Assembly (NCBI GenBank): GCA_948468385.1
Contig: CAOKHZ010000008.1
Coordinates: 40,265 to 104,264 of the forward strand
Direction of reading: 5' to 3'
Source of the DNA: an uncultured Faecalicatena sp.
GTDB taxonomy: Bacteria; Bacillota; Clostridia; Lachnospirales; Lachnospiraceae
Length of the DNA stretch: 64,000 nt
The notes below the pieces were generated by a model that worked only from the letters and a program-made list of their open reading frames with translations, was not told the DNA's origin and made no database searches. The position numbers were made by a program, and so were the translations under genes. Shown one piece after another: positions 34,173 to 43,047 of this stretch; position 1 is the stretch's first letter; every line of letters begins with the position of its first letter.

Positions 34173-35378
34173 ATGGAAATGATAGAAATCAAGGGAAAGG
34201 TAAATACGGCTCTTTGCTATGCGAAAGTCGTGGAGGACGAGGCCATCGAGCAAGTGCGCAGGATGTGTGATTATGAGTTTACGAAAGGGTGCAAGATTCG
34301 CATCATGCCGGACGTGCATTCGGGGAAGGGCTGTACGATTGGCACGACGATGACGGTGGGAGACAAGGTTGTGCCGAACATTGTCGGGGTGGACATTGGC
34401 TGCGGGATGTACACGGTTGATTTGGGACGAAAGGAATTGGATTTTGCGAAGCTGGACGAGGCGGCACATTTCGTACCTTCGGGGATGAACGTGTGGGAGG
34501 GGCGGAAAGAACGGTTTGACTTGATGGAGCTTCGTTGCTATCGGAGCCTGCGAGACACGAAGCGGTTGGAGAGAAGCCTTGGCACGCTCGGCGGGGGAAA
34601 TCACTTTATCGAAGTGGACAGGGCGGCAGACGGGCGAAATTACCTGGTGATTCATTCGGGCAGCCGCAACCTTGGCAAGCAGGTTGCCGAGATTTACCAA
34701 CGGCTCGCGGTTGATTTGAACAAGGGGAAGGAAACGTATTTTCAGGAGCGGGACGAGATTATACGCACATATAAGGAGGCGGGGCGCAGGAAGGAAATTC
34801 AGGCGGCGTTGAATAATATCGCGTGGAAGGAACGTGAGGCGACGATGCCGGAGGATTTGTGTTATTTATACGGAACGTACTTGGAGGATTATCTGCATGA
34901 CGTGGAGATTTGTCAGCGGTTCGCGAGGCGCAATCGCGAGAAAATGGCTGAAGTCTTGTTGGAGCGGGTGGGGCTTGAAGGGGGCGAGGCATTTCACACG
35001 ATTCATAATTACATTGACACCGGGGAAATGATTTTGCGCAAGGGGGCGATTGCCGCGCATAAGGGCGAGAAAGTGCTGATTCCGATTAACATGCGGGACG
35101 GGAGCGTCCTGGCCGTCGGCCGGGGAAACGCGGAGTGGAACTATTCGGCGCCGCACGGGGCGGGACGTCTAATGTCGAGGACGGGAGCTAAGCAGCGGCT
35201 TTCCATGGAGGAGTACGAAAAGGCGATGGAGGGGATTTACACCACGTCCGTCAACGAGGCGACCCTCGACGAGGCACCGATGGCGTATAAGGCGTTGGAG
35301 GACATTATTGACGTGATACGCGAGTCGGTGGACGTGCTTGAGGTCATGAAGCCGGTGTATAATTTCAAGGCTTCGTGA
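34173..35378 (+). CDS. rtcB: RNA-splicing ligase RtcB (3'-phosphate/2',3'-cyclic phosphate to 5'-OH RNA ligase)
   Basis: MEMIEIKGKVNTA... with the RtcB motifs IMPDVHSGKGCTIG, GVDIGCGMY, LGGGNHFIEV, IHSGSRNLG, HNYI and SAPHGAGR. The ORF track start at 34131 is less likely than ATG at 34173, which follows GAAGGGAAA. Confidence 0.9.
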   Translation: MEMIEIKGKVNTALCYAKVVEDEAIEQVRRMCDYEFTKGCKIRIMPDVHSGKGCTIGTTMTVGDKVVPNIVGVDIGCGMYTVDLGRKELDFAKLDEAAHFVPSGMNVWEGRKERFDLMELRCYRSLRDTKRLERSLGTLGGGNHFIEVDRAADGRNYLVIHSGSRNLGKQVAEIYQRLAVDLNKGKETYFQERDEIIRTYKEAGRRKEIQAALNNIAWKEREATMPEDLCYLYGTYLEDYLHDVEICQRFARRNREKMAEVLLERVGLEGGEAFHTIHNYIDTGEMILRKGAIAAHKGEKVLIPINMRDGSVLAVGRGNAEWNYSAPHGAGRLMSRTGAKQRLSMEEYEKAMEGIYTTSVNEATLDEAPMAYKALEDIIDVIRESVDVLEVMKPVYNFKAS

Positions 35379-35395
35379 AAGGCATTTGAAAAGTG

Positions 35396-35420
35396 GGCGG
35401 GGATGAAAGTCCCGCCTTTC
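35396..35420 (+). terminator. Rho-independent terminator after rtcB
   Basis: GGCGGG-loop-CCCGCC followed by TTTC. Confidence 0.6.
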
Positions 35421-35589
35421 GCCATATAGAATCTTACCCATGTTTTTTAAGGGGAGGTGCGCACTTTTAAGAATGTTTGTGTTTTTTGAACACAAAAGCA
35501 AATAATTGGATAAAATATCTTGACAAGTTGTGGTACAATGTGAGCAATTGACATTTTTTGATTGATATCGTAAAGGATGGAAGGAAGTT

Positions 35590-37578
35590 ATGCGAGAATG
35601 GTTTGCCAAATGGAATCGAGGAAACGTCGTCATCGCATGGCTGCTCGGTACTTTTTGCAGTTGCGGCCTGATGTTGTCCCTGACCAGCGAGGCCACGAAG
35701 CAAAATAGTCAAGGGTTGGATATGAAAAATGAAATGCTTGTGTATGTCCGTACGTTGTATTTGTCTTTTTCGTCCGACCGGCTTCGCACGTTTTTGCTGC
35801 TGCTGGCGATTGCCATGGTGGTTTACCTGGGTATGGAAATAAGTGGAAGCATGAAGGAGCGAATTTTATTGCTCCTATTTTCGGGTTCGTTTGCATTCGC
35901 ACAATTGCTCAGCATGAGTTATAAGTCGGCGGGCTCGTGGAACTTGTTGTTTGAAACGGAGATAAATCGGACGCGGGCTTGGTTCAAAGGGATTTCCCTT
36001 GCAATTATTTGTTATTACGCGTTAAAAATCTTGTGCCATTTCGTGAAGACATATCTATTGCAGGAGGGCGTGGCCGGAAGTGGCAAACGGGTGATTCTCG
36101 AGGGGGAAATTTCTTTTCGCGCGTTTTGGCTGTCAGTCGGCTTGATGATGCTGTGCTGGCTTCCTTATTTTATCATTTTTTATCCGGGGACAAGTAATGA
36201 GGACACCGTGATTCAGATGATGGAGTTTTTTCACATCCGTAGTTACATCAATGACATGACGGCGGCGGCTTGGGCGGACGCGTTTATCACGAACCATCAT
36301 CCGTATTTGCTGACGCTTTTGTTTGGTACATTTTTCCGTCTGGGGCTTTTCCTTGGCGACATCCGTCTGGGCGTGGCAGTGTATTGTGTGCTGCACATGT
36401 TGTTTCTGGCATGTACGTTTTCCGGTGCCTTGTTATATTTGAAGTATGTGGGAGTGTCGAAGCGGCGGACGAGATTCATCCGTCGCCTCGTGATGTTTTT
36501 GCCCGTCTTTCCGCTGTACGGCATTTGCATGGTGAAAGACACGATATATGCCGCATTTTGTTTGGCTTATATTTTGCTGATGTACGAGGTGGCCAGAACG
36601 GGCGGCGAGGCGTTAAAATCCGTGAAATTCGACGCGGGCTTGTTCGTGTTGGGGATGTTGATGACGCTGACCAAGGTGTACGCCATGTATATTTTACTCA
36701 TCGTGGGCGTGGTATATGTGCTGCACTATCGTAAATACGTGGTACGGACGGTGGCGGTCGTCTTCTTGCCGGTCATGTTGTACAAGTTCTTGTTCGTCGG
36801 TTTGTTGCTGCCCGCGTTGGGAATCGCCCCGGGCGGCATCCAAGAGGGCCTAAGCGTCCTGATTCAGCAGACTTCGCGCTACGTGGTCGAATATGGCGAC
36901 GAGGTAACGGACGAAGAACGCGCGGCGATTGACAATGTTCTGGTGTATGATGACATTTTGGACGATTATAATCCGGAGCTTTCCGACCCGGTGAAGAAGA
37001 AATGGCGGCAGGATTATACGCGGGAGGAACTCTTGGCATATTTCGAGGCCTGGTTTCGAATGTTTTTCAAACATCCGGACGTGTACGTGGAATCCATTTT
37101 GCACAACACGTACCAATATTATGACGTCAATAAAATTTCCAGCCTGGAATATTACGAGTTTGACCAGTATTTGCAGGAATATGACGAGGACGGGAAATAT
37201 TCCCGGCTATACGTGGAAAATGCGGAACGGTTTAAAGAGGAACGATATGTGGTCAACCAGCTTGTGCTGTTTTTGCAAAAGCTGCCGGGGTTAAACGTCA
37301 TTATGTCGATGGGATTTTTGCCGTGGATTTTGTGGCTTTTCATTTATTTGTACGTGTTTCGTGGGGAGGGGCGGTACGTGGAGGCGTTGCTTGTTCCGCT
37401 CGTTACCTTTGCCGTCTGTCTCGTTTCGCCGGATAACGGGAATTATCGATACATCATGCCGATAATCTTTGCGTTGCCGTACATGGGCGCGCTGGTGTTG
37501 GTGCGGCAAACGCGGCCGCAGGCCGTGAATAGTAACCTGAATAGTAACCCATGGAAATTATTGTCCAAATGGGGGTAG
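35590..37578 (+). CDS. Large polytopic membrane protein (about 14 TM), uncharacterised; possibly a GT-C/DUF6020-like envelope glycosyltransferase
   Basis: 662 aa with many hydrophobic segments and a ~150-aa hydrophilic loop (aa 440-590). It heads a glycosylation gene cluster. The family assignment is a guess. Confidence 0.5.
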   Translation: MREWFAKWNRGNVVIAWLLGTFCSCGLMLSLTSEATKQNSQGLDMKNEMLVYVRTLYLSFSSDRLRTFLLLLAIAMVVYLGMEISGSMKERILLLLFSGSFAFAQLLSMSYKSAGSWNLLFETEINRTRAWFKGISLAIICYYALKILCHFVKTYLLQEGVAGSGKRVILEGEISFRAFWLSVGLMMLCWLPYFIIFYPGTSNEDTVIQMMEFFHIRSYINDMTAAAWADAFITNHHPYLLTLLFGTFFRLGLFLGDIRLGVAVYCVLHMLFLACTFSGALLYLKYVGVSKRRTRFIRRLVMFLPVFPLYGICMVKDTIYAAFCLAYILLMYEVARTGGEALKSVKFDAGLFVLGMLMTLTKVYAMYILLIVGVVYVLHYRKYVVRTVAVVFLPVMLYKFLFVGLLLPALGIAPGGIQEGLSVLIQQTSRYVVEYGDEVTDEERAAIDNVLVYDDILDDYNPELSDPVKKKWRQDYTREELLAYFEAWFRMFFKHPDVYVESILHNTYQYYDVNKISSLEYYEFDQYLQEYDEDGKYSRLYVENAERFKEERYVVNQLVLFLQKLPGLNVIMSMGFLPWILWLFIYLYVFRGEGRYVEALLVPLVTFAVCLVSPDNGNYRYIMPIIFALPYMGALVLVRQTRPQAVNSNLNSNPWKLLSKWG

Positions 37579-37598
37579 AGTTAGCAAGACTTTTGTGT

Positions 37599-37620
37599 TA
37601 TAATCTCGAAAGAGATTATA
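37599..37620 (+). promoter_or_regulatory. Perfect 9-bp inverted repeat TATAATCTC-GAAA-GAGATTATA whose left arm is a TG-extended TATAAT box
   Basis: Read directly. TGT-TATAAT lies at 37596-37604. This is either an operator overlapping a -10 element or an AU-rich RNA hairpin with a GAAA loop. Confidence 0.4.
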
Positions 37621-37673
37621 ACGTGCACATTCATGCGAGAATACACGGTTAAAGTATTCACGCTTGGCGCGAA

Positions 37674-37702
37674 AGTCCGGCAAGCCGGACTCTTTGTTCT
37701 TT
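37674..37702 (+). terminator. Terminator-like hairpin in the leader of the GT2-gtrA operon (terminator of the upstream gene, or an attenuator)
   Basis: AGTCCGG-CAAG-CCGGACT followed by CTTTGTTCTTT. It ends 32 nt before the GT2 ATG, with no room for a promoter in between. Confidence 0.55.
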
Positions 37703-37733
37703 CAGATGGCGGTGAAGGGAGAAATGGTAAGTC

Positions 37734-38456
37734 ATGGGAATCAGCGTAGCACTGTTGGCATATAAAGAAGAAGAAAATTTGAAGGTTCTTTTGCCGCAGA
37801 TTATTGAACAAGTGGAAAAATGCGGGGAAGAGTACGAGATTTTGGTGGTGGACACTGAAAAGCCGTTGGATCATACGGCGGACGTGTGCGCGCAGTTTGG
37901 CGCGCGCTATGTCAATCAGGAGTTACCAGGGTTTGGCGGCGCGTTTCGTACGGCCATCAAGTACGCGAGGAAGGACAAGTTCCTGATTTTGGACAGCGAC
38001 GGCTCGCACCCGCCGAAGAACATTCCGGACTTGTACCGGATGTTCGTGTCAGGGCGTTATGACGTGGTGATTGGTTCCCGCTATGTAAAGGGAGGGCGGA
38101 CGGACGACGCGAAATCTTCCATCATCATGTCGCACATGTTGAATTTCGCGTTCCGCGTCTGCCTTGGAATTTCGGCGAAGGACATTTCCACGGATTATCG
38201 GATGTATTATACGAAACAGTTAAAGCAGGTGGAACTGACTTGTGTCAATTATGACGTGTTACAAGAGGTTTTGCTGAGGCTGAAGTTAAACAAGCAAGAT
38301 CGTCGTTTGCGAATCGGCGAGGTTCCGATTTATTTCCAGAAGCGTTTGTATGGGGAATCCAAGCGGCAGCTCGTAAAGTTCATCATCAGTTATTTGAAAA
38401 CGATTACGAGGCTTACGTGGATGCGAATTGCGCACGCGAGGCGGGCAGGATGTTAA
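37734..38456 (+). CDS. Glycosyltransferase family 2, polyprenol-phosphate sugar synthase-like (DPM1/Ppm1-type, soluble)
   Basis: 240 aa: ISVALLAYKEEENLKVLLP...YEILVVDTE...LILDSDGSHPP (DxD-like)...VIGSRY. Confidence 0.75.
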   Translation: MGISVALLAYKEEENLKVLLPQIIEQVEKCGEEYEILVVDTEKPLDHTADVCAQFGARYVNQELPGFGGAFRTAIKYARKDKFLILDSDGSHPPKNIPDLYRMFVSGRYDVVIGSRYVKGGRTDDAKSSIIMSHMLNFAFRVCLGISAKDISTDYRMYYTKQLKQVELTCVNYDVLQEVLLRLKLNKQDRRLRIGEVPIYFQKRLYGESKRQLVKFIISYLKTITRLTWMRIAHARRAGC

Positions 38457-38482
38457 AAAACGAATGAAAGAGGCGTAGTTTA

Positions 38483-38911
38483 ATGAAGAAATTGATTGCA
38501 CAGATGTTGAAATTCGGCGTGGTCGGGGGAATCAGCTTCGTGGTGGACTTCACCGTGTACGGCGTACTTTGCAACGTGATTGGGGTACACTATCTTGTGG
38601 CGGGGATGTTCGGCTTTACCATCTCCGTCATCGTGAATTATCTGTTGAGCATGCGGTTCGTGTTCCAGTCCCGGGACGACATGTCAAAGACAAGGGAATT
38701 CGTGATTTTTGTCATCTTAAGCCTGATTGGACTGGGGCTGAATTCGTTGATTCTCTATATTTGCGTGGACTTGATTTACGCAAGCTGGGCGTGGCTGAAC
38801 GGGTTTGTCGGCATTAAGCTGATGAACTTGGGGGCAAAAGTCATCGCCACCGGAATCGTGATGGTTTACAATTTTGTCACCCGGAAGATTTTCATTGAAA
38901 AGAAGGCGTGA
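38483..38911 (+). CDS. GtrA family membrane protein (polyprenol-linked sugar translocation)
   Basis: 142 aa with 4 TM. The protein begins LKFGVVGGISFVVDFTVYGVL and ends ...NFVTRKIFIE, both GtrA hallmarks. Confidence 0.8.
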   Translation: MKKLIAQMLKFGVVGGISFVVDFTVYGVLCNVIGVHYLVAGMFGFTISVIVNYLLSMRFVFQSRDDMSKTREFVIFVILSLIGLGLNSLILYICVDLIYASWAWLNGFVGIKLMNLGAKVIATGIVMVYNFVTRKIFIEKKA

Positions 38912-38940
38912 CGTGTTGGAAGGGTTAAGGGGAGATGGCG

Positions 38941-39903
38941 ATGAAGAGAATCATGATTACCGGTTTTTCCGGGTTCGTGGGCAGACATTTCCTGGAATTT
39001 TTATATGGGGAAGGTCTTTCCTACGAAGTGTTGGGGGCGGATATCAAGGAACCAGATTTAGATTTTTCAAGGTACGCTCCGACGTTGGGCGTTCGTTTTG
39101 AAAAGTTGGACATGCTCGATAGGGATGCGCTGCAGCAGGTGGTTCGCGAGTTCCGTCCCGATTACGTGCTACATTTGGCGGCGTTTTCCAGCGTGGCATA
39201 CAGTTGGAAATATCCGTCCGCTTGTTTTGACAATAACACCAAGATATTTTTGAACTTGACCGACGCGTTGCGCGCGGAACAGTTGGATTGCCGCGTGTTG
39301 TCGGTAGGCTCGTCGGAGGAGTATGGCGACGTCGCCGAGGACGAGTTGCCGCTTACGGAAGGACGGCCGTTAAATCCGGTCAGCCCCTACGCGGTGGCGC
39401 GGGTGGCGCAGGAAATGATGTCGAAGGTGCTTGTCAATGGGTTTGGCATGAAAATCATATTGACCCGTTCCTTTAACCATATCGGGCCGTACCAGGACGA
39501 GCGGTTCGTGGTTCCGGGATTTATCAGGCGGATTTTGAATCTTGCAGAGTCGGGCGCGTCGGAGGGTGAGATTGAGACGGGTAACACGGAAATCGTGCGG
39601 GATTTTTTGGACGTGCGCGACGTGGTGCGGGCGTATTACTTGTTGTTGACGAAGGGAACGCCGGGAGAGGTTTATAATATTTGTTCTGGAAAGGGAATCA
39701 GGCTTTGTGAGGTGATTGAGGAAATCGCCGGCATCGTGGGCGTGCGGGTGAAGGGAAAAGTCAATCCGGCGTTTGTGCGACCCGGCGACAATCAGGTCGT
39801 GGTCGGCACGGCGGCAAAGATAGAGATGGAACTGGGATGGAAACCACGGATTCCATTAAAGGAAACTCTAAAAGACATGGTAAGAATGATGCGGGCGGCT
39901 TGA
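38941..39903 (+). CDS. NAD(P)-dependent SDR epimerase/reductase, closest by eye to GDP-6-deoxy-D-lyxo-4-hexulose reductase (Rmd, GDP-D-rhamnose synthesis)
   Basis: MKRIMITGFSGFVGRHF (Rossmann fold), SPYAVARVAQE (YxxxK region, with K replaced in context) and RSFNHIGPYQ. The overall layout and several blocks (LDCRVLSVGSSEEYG, VRDFLDVRDVVRAY, GWKPRIPL) resemble Rmd as I recall it. ATG at 38941 is preferred over 38935 on RBS spacing. Confidence 0.55.
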   Translation: MKRIMITGFSGFVGRHFLEFLYGEGLSYEVLGADIKEPDLDFSRYAPTLGVRFEKLDMLDRDALQQVVREFRPDYVLHLAAFSSVAYSWKYPSACFDNNTKIFLNLTDALRAEQLDCRVLSVGSSEEYGDVAEDELPLTEGRPLNPVSPYAVARVAQEMMSKVLVNGFGMKIILTRSFNHIGPYQDERFVVPGFIRRILNLAESGASEGEIETGNTEIVRDFLDVRDVVRAYYLLLTKGTPGEVYNICSGKGIRLCEVIEEIAGIVGVRVKGKVNPAFVRPGDNQVVVGTAAKIEMELGWKPRIPLKETLKDMVRMMRAA

Positions 39904-40040
39904 CGGCTCGTTCGCCGAACTGTCACGGTGGCATCGTCGATTGAATCCAACGCGGTTCGATGTCGCAAATAGGCAAGTGATTTTGCTTAATATGAACGTG
40001 TCAGTACACTAGGTAATGGGAGAATGGGAGGAATTTTAAG

Positions 40041-41108
40041 ATGAAGGTGTACGGGGTTATCATGGCGGGCGGCGGCGGTACGCGTTTTTGGCCGTTGTCC
40101 AGGCAGGAGGAGCCAAAGCAACTTCTGAATTTGAGTGGCAAGGATTTGATGATTAACGAGACGATTGACCGGATTTGTACCGTGGCGGAACGAGAGGACA
40201 TTTTCATCGTGACGAATCAGGCGCAAGTGCCGAAAATGAAAGCCGCGACGAAGGGTCGAATCGAGGAGGGGCATATTCTTTCCGAGCCTTGCGCGCGCAA
40301 TACGGCGGCATGCATCGGGTATGCCGCGTTTGAGATTTTGAAGAAGCATGGCGACGGAATCATGTGCATTTTCCCGTCCGATCATTTTATTAAGAATCAG
40401 GCCGAATTTACCCGCGTCCTTGGCATGGCGGTGGAAACGGCCAGAGACGAGGACGTGTTAGTCACGCTTGGCATCACCCCGACCTATCCGTCCACCGGCT
40501 ATGGCTACATTCGCTTTGACAAAGGAACCTCGGGAGTGGCAAAGGACGTTTTGGAATTTCGGGAAAAGCCGGATGCAGAGACGGCAAGGCGTTACGTGGA
40601 GAGCGGCGAATATGCTTGGAACAGCGGGATGTTTATCTGGAAGGCATCGACGATTTTGAAACATTTTCAAGAGTTGTTGCCGGACGTGTACGCGGGGCTT
40701 TTGCGGATTGCGAACGCGATGGGGACGCCCGGGGAGCAAGACGTGATTGCCGAGAGATATCCGACGATTCCAAGCATTTCCATTGATTATGGCATCATGG
40801 AGAAAAGTGCGGGCGTGAAGGTCATTTCCGCGGAATTTGGCTGGAATGACGTGGGAAGCTGGGATAATCTGGGCGTGTTGTACGATGTGGACGGGAATGG
40901 AAACGTGGTGGTCGGGAACCAGGTTAACATCGATACGAAAAATTGTATTTCTTATGCGAAGAAGCGGCTGATTGCCACGGTGGGGGTGGAAAACCTGATT
41001 ATCGTGGAGACGGACGACGCGATTCTGGTGTGCGACAAGGCTCGTTCGCAGGATGTCAAGATGGTGGTCGAGGAGTTGAAGCGTCAGGAGCGGGGAGCGT
41101 ATTTGTGA
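40041..41108 (+). CDS. manC: Mannose-1-phosphate guanylyltransferase (GDP-mannose pyrophosphorylase)
   Basis: 355 aa: MKVYGVIMAGGGGTRFWPLSRQEEPKQLL... with GYGYI and WNSGMFIW motifs. Confidence 0.85.
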   Translation: MKVYGVIMAGGGGTRFWPLSRQEEPKQLLNLSGKDLMINETIDRICTVAEREDIFIVTNQAQVPKMKAATKGRIEEGHILSEPCARNTAACIGYAAFEILKKHGDGIMCIFPSDHFIKNQAEFTRVLGMAVETARDEDVLVTLGITPTYPSTGYGYIRFDKGTSGVAKDVLEFREKPDAETARRYVESGEYAWNSGMFIWKASTILKHFQELLPDVYAGLLRIANAMGTPGEQDVIAERYPTIPSISIDYGIMEKSAGVKVISAEFGWNDVGSWDNLGVLYDVDGNGNVVVGNQVNIDTKNCISYAKKRLIATVGVENLIIVETDDAILVCDKARSQDVKMVVEELKRQERGAYL

Positions 41109-41180
41109 AAAAAGATTTATCTTTGAAGTGCCGCGAATGGTAACAAAACATACGGCGAGTGGGCATGAACGGAGGACATG

Positions 41181-43004
41181 ATGGAGTATCAGGAAATTTA
41201 TAGGCGGTGGTGCACGGATGCATACTTTGACAAAAATACGAGGGCGGAACTGATTTCGCTTGCGGGCGACGAGGCGGAAATTAAGGATCGCTTTTACAAG
41301 CAATTGGAGTTTGGCACCGGGGGGCTGCGCGGCGTCATCGGGGCGGGAACGAACCGAATGAACGTTTATACCGTGCGGCAGGCCACGCAGGGGCTGGCGA
41401 ATTATGTCGTGAAGTGTGACGGGCAAAAGAAGGGCGTGGCGATTGCCTGGGATTCGCGGCTCATGTCGCCGGAGTTTGCCTTGGAGGCGGCGCTTTGCCT
41501 GAACGCGAACGGCATCGTGACGTACAGTTTCGATTCGCTTCGTCCGACCCCGGAATTATCATTCGCGGTGCGCGCGCTTGGTTGTACGGCGGGCATCGTG
41601 ATTACCGCCAGCCATAATCCGCGGGAATATAATGGCTACAAGGTGTATTGGGAGGACGGCGCGCAGATTACGCCGCCGCATGACATAAATATTTTGTGCG
41701 AGGTGCGAAAGGTCACGTCTTTTTCCATGGTAAGGACGATGGAGAAGGAGGCGGCCGTGGCGGCAGGGCTTTACCGTGTGATAGGGAGTGAAATCGATGA
41801 CGCTTACATGGCGGAATTAAAAAGCTTGTCGATTCACCCGGAAGTGATTCGGGAAATGGCGAAGGACATTACGATTGTTTATACGCCACTGCATGGCACC
41901 GGCAATTTGCCGGTGCGCCGTGTGTTGAAGGAATTGGGATTTGAAAAGGTTCATGTCGTGAAGGAGCAGGAGCTTCCCGATGGGACGTTTCCCACGGTGG
42001 CTTATCCGAACCCGGAATCTCCGGCGGCGTTCGAGCTTGCATTGAAGCTGGCGGCAGAGGTGGATGCCGACATCGTGCTCGCCACCGATCCGGATGCCGA
42101 CCGCCTTGGCGTGTATTGCAAGGATACGAAGGGCGGGAATGCATCCGAGGTTTCAGGCGTGTCGGGCTATACTGCGTTCACCGGGAACATGTCGGGAATG
42201 TTGATTGCGGAATATATTTTGCGGGAGCGTAAGGCGATGGGCACGATGCCGGAAAAACCGGCGCTCGTGGAGACCATCGTGACGACGGACATGGCGAAGG
42301 CGGTGGCGAAGGCCTATGGCGTGACGTTGATCGAGGTGCTGACCGGATTTAAGTATATCGGGGAACAGATTCGAATTTTCGAGGAGCGGGGCACGTATGA
42401 TTATGTGTTCGGCCTTGAGGAGAGTTATGGTTGCCTGGCCGGAACCTATGCCCGGGACAAGGACGCCTGCGTGGCGGTGATGATGTTGTGCGAGGTGGCA
42501 TCATGGTATAAGAAGAAAGGCATGACGTTGTGGGATGCCATGATGGAAATGTACGAGGTTTATGGATTTTATAGGGAGGGGCTTGAAACGCTCACCCTCA
42601 AGGGAGCGGAAGGGGCCGGGAAGATTCAAGGGTTGATGGATGAGGCCCGCAAGAACCCGCCAAAGGAGCTGGTATCCTACAAGGTGGCGGCGGTGCGCGA
42701 TTATAAGGCGGGCACGAGGACGGATTTGACGACCGGGAAAGTGGAAGGTACGAACCTTCCTGCTTCGAACGTGATTTATTATGAATTGGAAGACGCGAGG
42801 GGGACTTTCGCAGAAAATGAAAATGTGTCGGCCGTAAAGCGTGTCGGAGGCGTACGGGAGTCCGACGCGGCGTGGTGTTGCATTCGCCCGTCCGGGACGG
42901 AGCCGAAGATAAAGTTCTATTTTGGCGTGAGGGAATCGGACTTAGAGAGGGCGAATCGACGGTTGGCCGAATTGAAAGAAGCGCTTATGGGAATGTTTTC
43001 ATAA
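41181..43004 (+). CDS. Alpha-D-phosphohexomutase (phosphoglucomutase/phosphomannomutase, PgcA-like)
   Basis: ~607 aa. The active-site loop is TASHNPREYNGYK, the metal loop is ATDPDADRLGV and the C-terminal motif is RPSGTEPKIKFY. The start could be 41178 or 41181. Confidence 0.88.
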   Translation: MEYQEIYRRWCTDAYFDKNTRAELISLAGDEAEIKDRFYKQLEFGTGGLRGVIGAGTNRMNVYTVRQATQGLANYVVKCDGQKKGVAIAWDSRLMSPEFALEAALCLNANGIVTYSFDSLRPTPELSFAVRALGCTAGIVITASHNPREYNGYKVYWEDGAQITPPHDINILCEVRKVTSFSMVRTMEKEAAVAAGLYRVIGSEIDDAYMAELKSLSIHPEVIREMAKDITIVYTPLHGTGNLPVRRVLKELGFEKVHVVKEQELPDGTFPTVAYPNPESPAAFELALKLAAEVDADIVLATDPDADRLGVYCKDTKGGNASEVSGVSGYTAFTGNMSGMLIAEYILRERKAMGTMPEKPALVETIVTTDMAKAVAKAYGVTLIEVLTGFKYIGEQIRIFEERGTYDYVFGLEESYGCLAGTYARDKDACVAVMMLCEVASWYKKKGMTLWDAMMEMYEVYGFYREGLETLTLKGAEGAGKIQGLMDEARKNPPKELVSYKVAAVRDYKAGTRTDLTTGKVEGTNLPASNVIYYELEDARGTFAENENVSAVKRVGGVRESDAAWCCIRPSGTEPKIKFYFGVRESDLERANRRLAELKEALMGMFS

Positions 43005-43047
43005 TGGAGGCGCTACGGCAGAGCAAATTCGTAAGGAAGGATGAAGC

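Noticed and set aside
40458-41426. 322-aa minus-strand ORF
   Set aside because: It is antisense to manC and to the start of the phosphohexomutase gene. It is Arg/His/Pro-rich, spans a gene boundary, and has no RBS or recognisable motif.
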